From the NCBI GenBank assembly GCA_043228905.1, contig JBHGNT010000010.1:11036001-11100000 (forward strand): a stretch of DNA of 64,000 bases. The letters are read 5' to 3'. This DNA comes from Azolla caroliniana. Taxonomy: Eukaryota; Plantae; Polypodiophyta. Of this stretch, positions 61,533-64,000 are shown one piece after another; the stretch's first letter is position 1; every line of letters begins with the position of its first letter. The translations under genes and the position numbers were made by a program. The notes under the pieces were generated by a model. It was not told the origin of the DNA. It saw nothing but the letters and a program-made list of their open reading frames with translations, and made no database searches.

Positions 61533-64000
61533 TGTTACGCTCTTCGCGTTCGGAAAGAGGCAGGACCGCGGGGGCCTTGAACCAAGGGGCGTGAGAAAGA
61601 GAGGAGAGAGAGAGAGAGCAGCTTGTAGAAACACAGAGGAGGAAAGAGACGGAGAACAAAGTCTTAATTACAATCGACAACGATTACAACCGGCAAGCCG
61701 GCGATGAACCCAACTCAGGTGAACACACACACACACACGATGCTCACGCACGCACACAACCCCGACTGCACTGTGGAGCCTTTGCCAGAAGCACACAGGC
61801 TGTCCACGAAGCAGAGGCAACTCAGTCCAAAATCCTATAGAGAACGACGAATGATGGAGGAGAGAGCTCGGTCCCAATCCGACATCACTTTTTTCTTGCT
61901 CCCCCCAAAACGCGATATTTTTCCCTCACTTCTCCCTCTCTTTTATAACCCAAGGAGGGAGGCTGCTTCCACTCGTTACATCATGTTTATTCCCTGTCCT
62001 TTCGGACAGGGATACGCCTCGATTTCCTTCCTACCAAATGCGTACTACCTAGGATTTCGCCTCAGGCGACTTGTACCTACCTACGTACTATACAACAAAA
62101 CTTGTGCCCACGTGTAAGGGCCGGTTTTAGCATGTTATACCCGGTTTCCGCCTAGGGATGGTTTTCTCCACGACATCCGCCCCCCCTAACCGCGCATCCA
62201 CCGGTATGCGCCAAAATTAGACTCTTGCCAGAGAAGACCGACCCACGGTTATCCTTCGTCTTCCAGATCGGCATTCGTTCCAAGCCAGTCGTTGTCGCTA
62301 TTGAGGTCGTCCGGGTCCGGTTCAGCCTCGTGCCGCTTTTGGAATGCTTTGATCCTTTTCCCCGCCACTGGTACCGCCATCCTTGTCCCGTCGAGCTCTG
62401 GGAGATGGTAGGTCCCATTGTCGTTGGTGCTCATCATCGTATAAGGCCCGAACCACCTTCTTGCAAACTTCCGCATTGCCCGGTGCTGGTTGTCGAGGTT
62501 GCTATCGTACACTAGAACCCAGTCGCCTTCCTCGATCTTCTTCGGTCTCAGTTGGTGAATCCGGTCGAACCGTCCTTTGTTCTTTACCCTTGCCACCCGT
62601 AGCTTCTCCGCAGCTCGGTCCACGTCCTTCGGTCTTCGTTCCAGCTGTCGGATCCGTGCCGCTGACAGCTCCTCCCGGCTCATCTCGTTGTTCCAGTCCA
62701 CCATGGCCCATGAGGAGATTGTCTGCTCCATTGGCATGATCGGCTTCTGCTCGTACATTAGCTCTGCTGGCATGAACCTGGTTACCAAACTGTGCATAGT
62801 TCGGTCCGCCCACAACGCATAGGGTAAGAGCCGCGGTCAGTTCCCGACCTGGACCCCACACGCCCGTACCAATGCTTTGACCATCGGCCCGTGTCCGTGC
62901 TCTACCTTCCCGTTAGCCTCCGGATTGTACGCCGTGGTGAGTGAGAGTTTAATTCCTAGCCGGTCAAACAACTCTTCTGCCTCTTGTGCGTCCAATTCCC
63001 CGCGGTCGGCCACGATCTTACCTACGCACCCGTACCGGCATACCATTTCTTCGATCAGAAATCGGCAGATGGCCGTGGTCGTTTTGCTCTGCAACGCTCG
63101 GCCCTCCACCTGGTTCGTCAGGTCCTCCCGAGCCAACACCAGATACTGCATCTACCCTACCCCCATCGGCATTGTCACCAGATCCACCATCCACTTGAAG
63201 TGGACGGTCGGAGGGTAGGTCGGGTGGAGCTCGTCCCGATGTCGGACTATGGAGTGCACCTGACAGCTTTCGCAAGTCGTCACGAACCGATGCACGTCCC
63301 AGTATAGTCCCGGCCACCAGTATTTCCCCTTCAGCTTCTCGAATGTGGCCCACGTCCCACGGTGTCTGGCCCAGGGACTCTCGTGGTACGCCGTCCGCAA
63401 TTCTTCCTGTTCCTCTTTCTTCGCCACCACTCAGAGCGGGATGCCGTCTCTCTTCTTCGGGTGCTTCCATATGCTCCCATCCCGTAGAAAGAATCGGTAT
63501 GCTTTCTTCCAAATCCGATTGGCCTCTTCCTTCGTCCATGCTGCGTCCGGTGTCATTGCCTTCAAGAACTTGCCGATCTGGAGCCACTCCCCGTCGTACT
63601 TGCTCTCGCGAATTCGTTAAGCGCCGGAGTGCTCCCCTTTCTTGTTGTTACGTTGGCTGACCCGAAGAAATCCTCGCCGACTTCCTCGTTATCCGAAACC
63701 ATGCCATCCTCATCACTGAACCACGCCCTTGAAAGCATATCGGCCATGGCATTATCCTTCCCGGAGATGTGTTGTATCTCCGGGTTCAGGGACTTGATGT
63801 ACGCGATCCACCTGAGCATTGCCAAGTCCGGAGTCGCGCATCCAGAGACCATATCTAGAATTGGTAGGCAGTCCGTCTCGATGATCACTTCCGTCTCGAT
63901 CAGATAGTCCTTGTCGGCCTTGACTGCCGAAACGATACCCCACAGCTCGCGCTTAACTTGGGCGTATCCTCGTTGTCGCTCGCTCAATACCTTTGCCCCG
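61533..64000 (-). mobile_element. Second non-chromoviral Ty3/gypsy 3' part (3' LTR 61533-62175, integrase, RNase H; runs off the window)
   Basis: PPT AGGGGGGCGGA. KRELWG..ETDCLP..NAMADMLSR RNase H, HES..HRG..CESCQ zinc finger, DRGE and GPY motifs. Confidence 0.9.

Overview
Nuclear DNA from a large-genome land plant. The retroelement types and a PPR-like fragment suggest a non-seed plant such as a fern, but this is inference. About 75-80% of the window is nested LTR-retrotransposon sequence: several Ty1/copia families, chromodomain-bearing Ty3/gypsy chromoviruses, non-chromoviral gypsy elements, solo LTRs and two miniature non-autonomous elements. One intact 17-exon gene encodes ER-resident HSP90 (GRP94/endoplasmin; 32532-37415, +). 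Also present are a plastid rpl16 insertion, hAT-type MITEs, a BED-finger relic, a LINE fragment and an orphan minus-strand ORF cluster. The most striking unexplained pattern is that at least five different LTR families carry a degenerate tRNA-like cassette (Pol III A box, B box, T-arm) in U3, always antisense to the element. Related cassettes sit just upstream of the HSP90 gene. The chromoviruses appear to self-prime (Tf1-like) from a palindromic start site and carry a conserved -1 frameshift signal. One copia family has a conserved Pol extension beyond RNase H with a duplicated PPT. All coordinates were read by eye and may be a few bases off.
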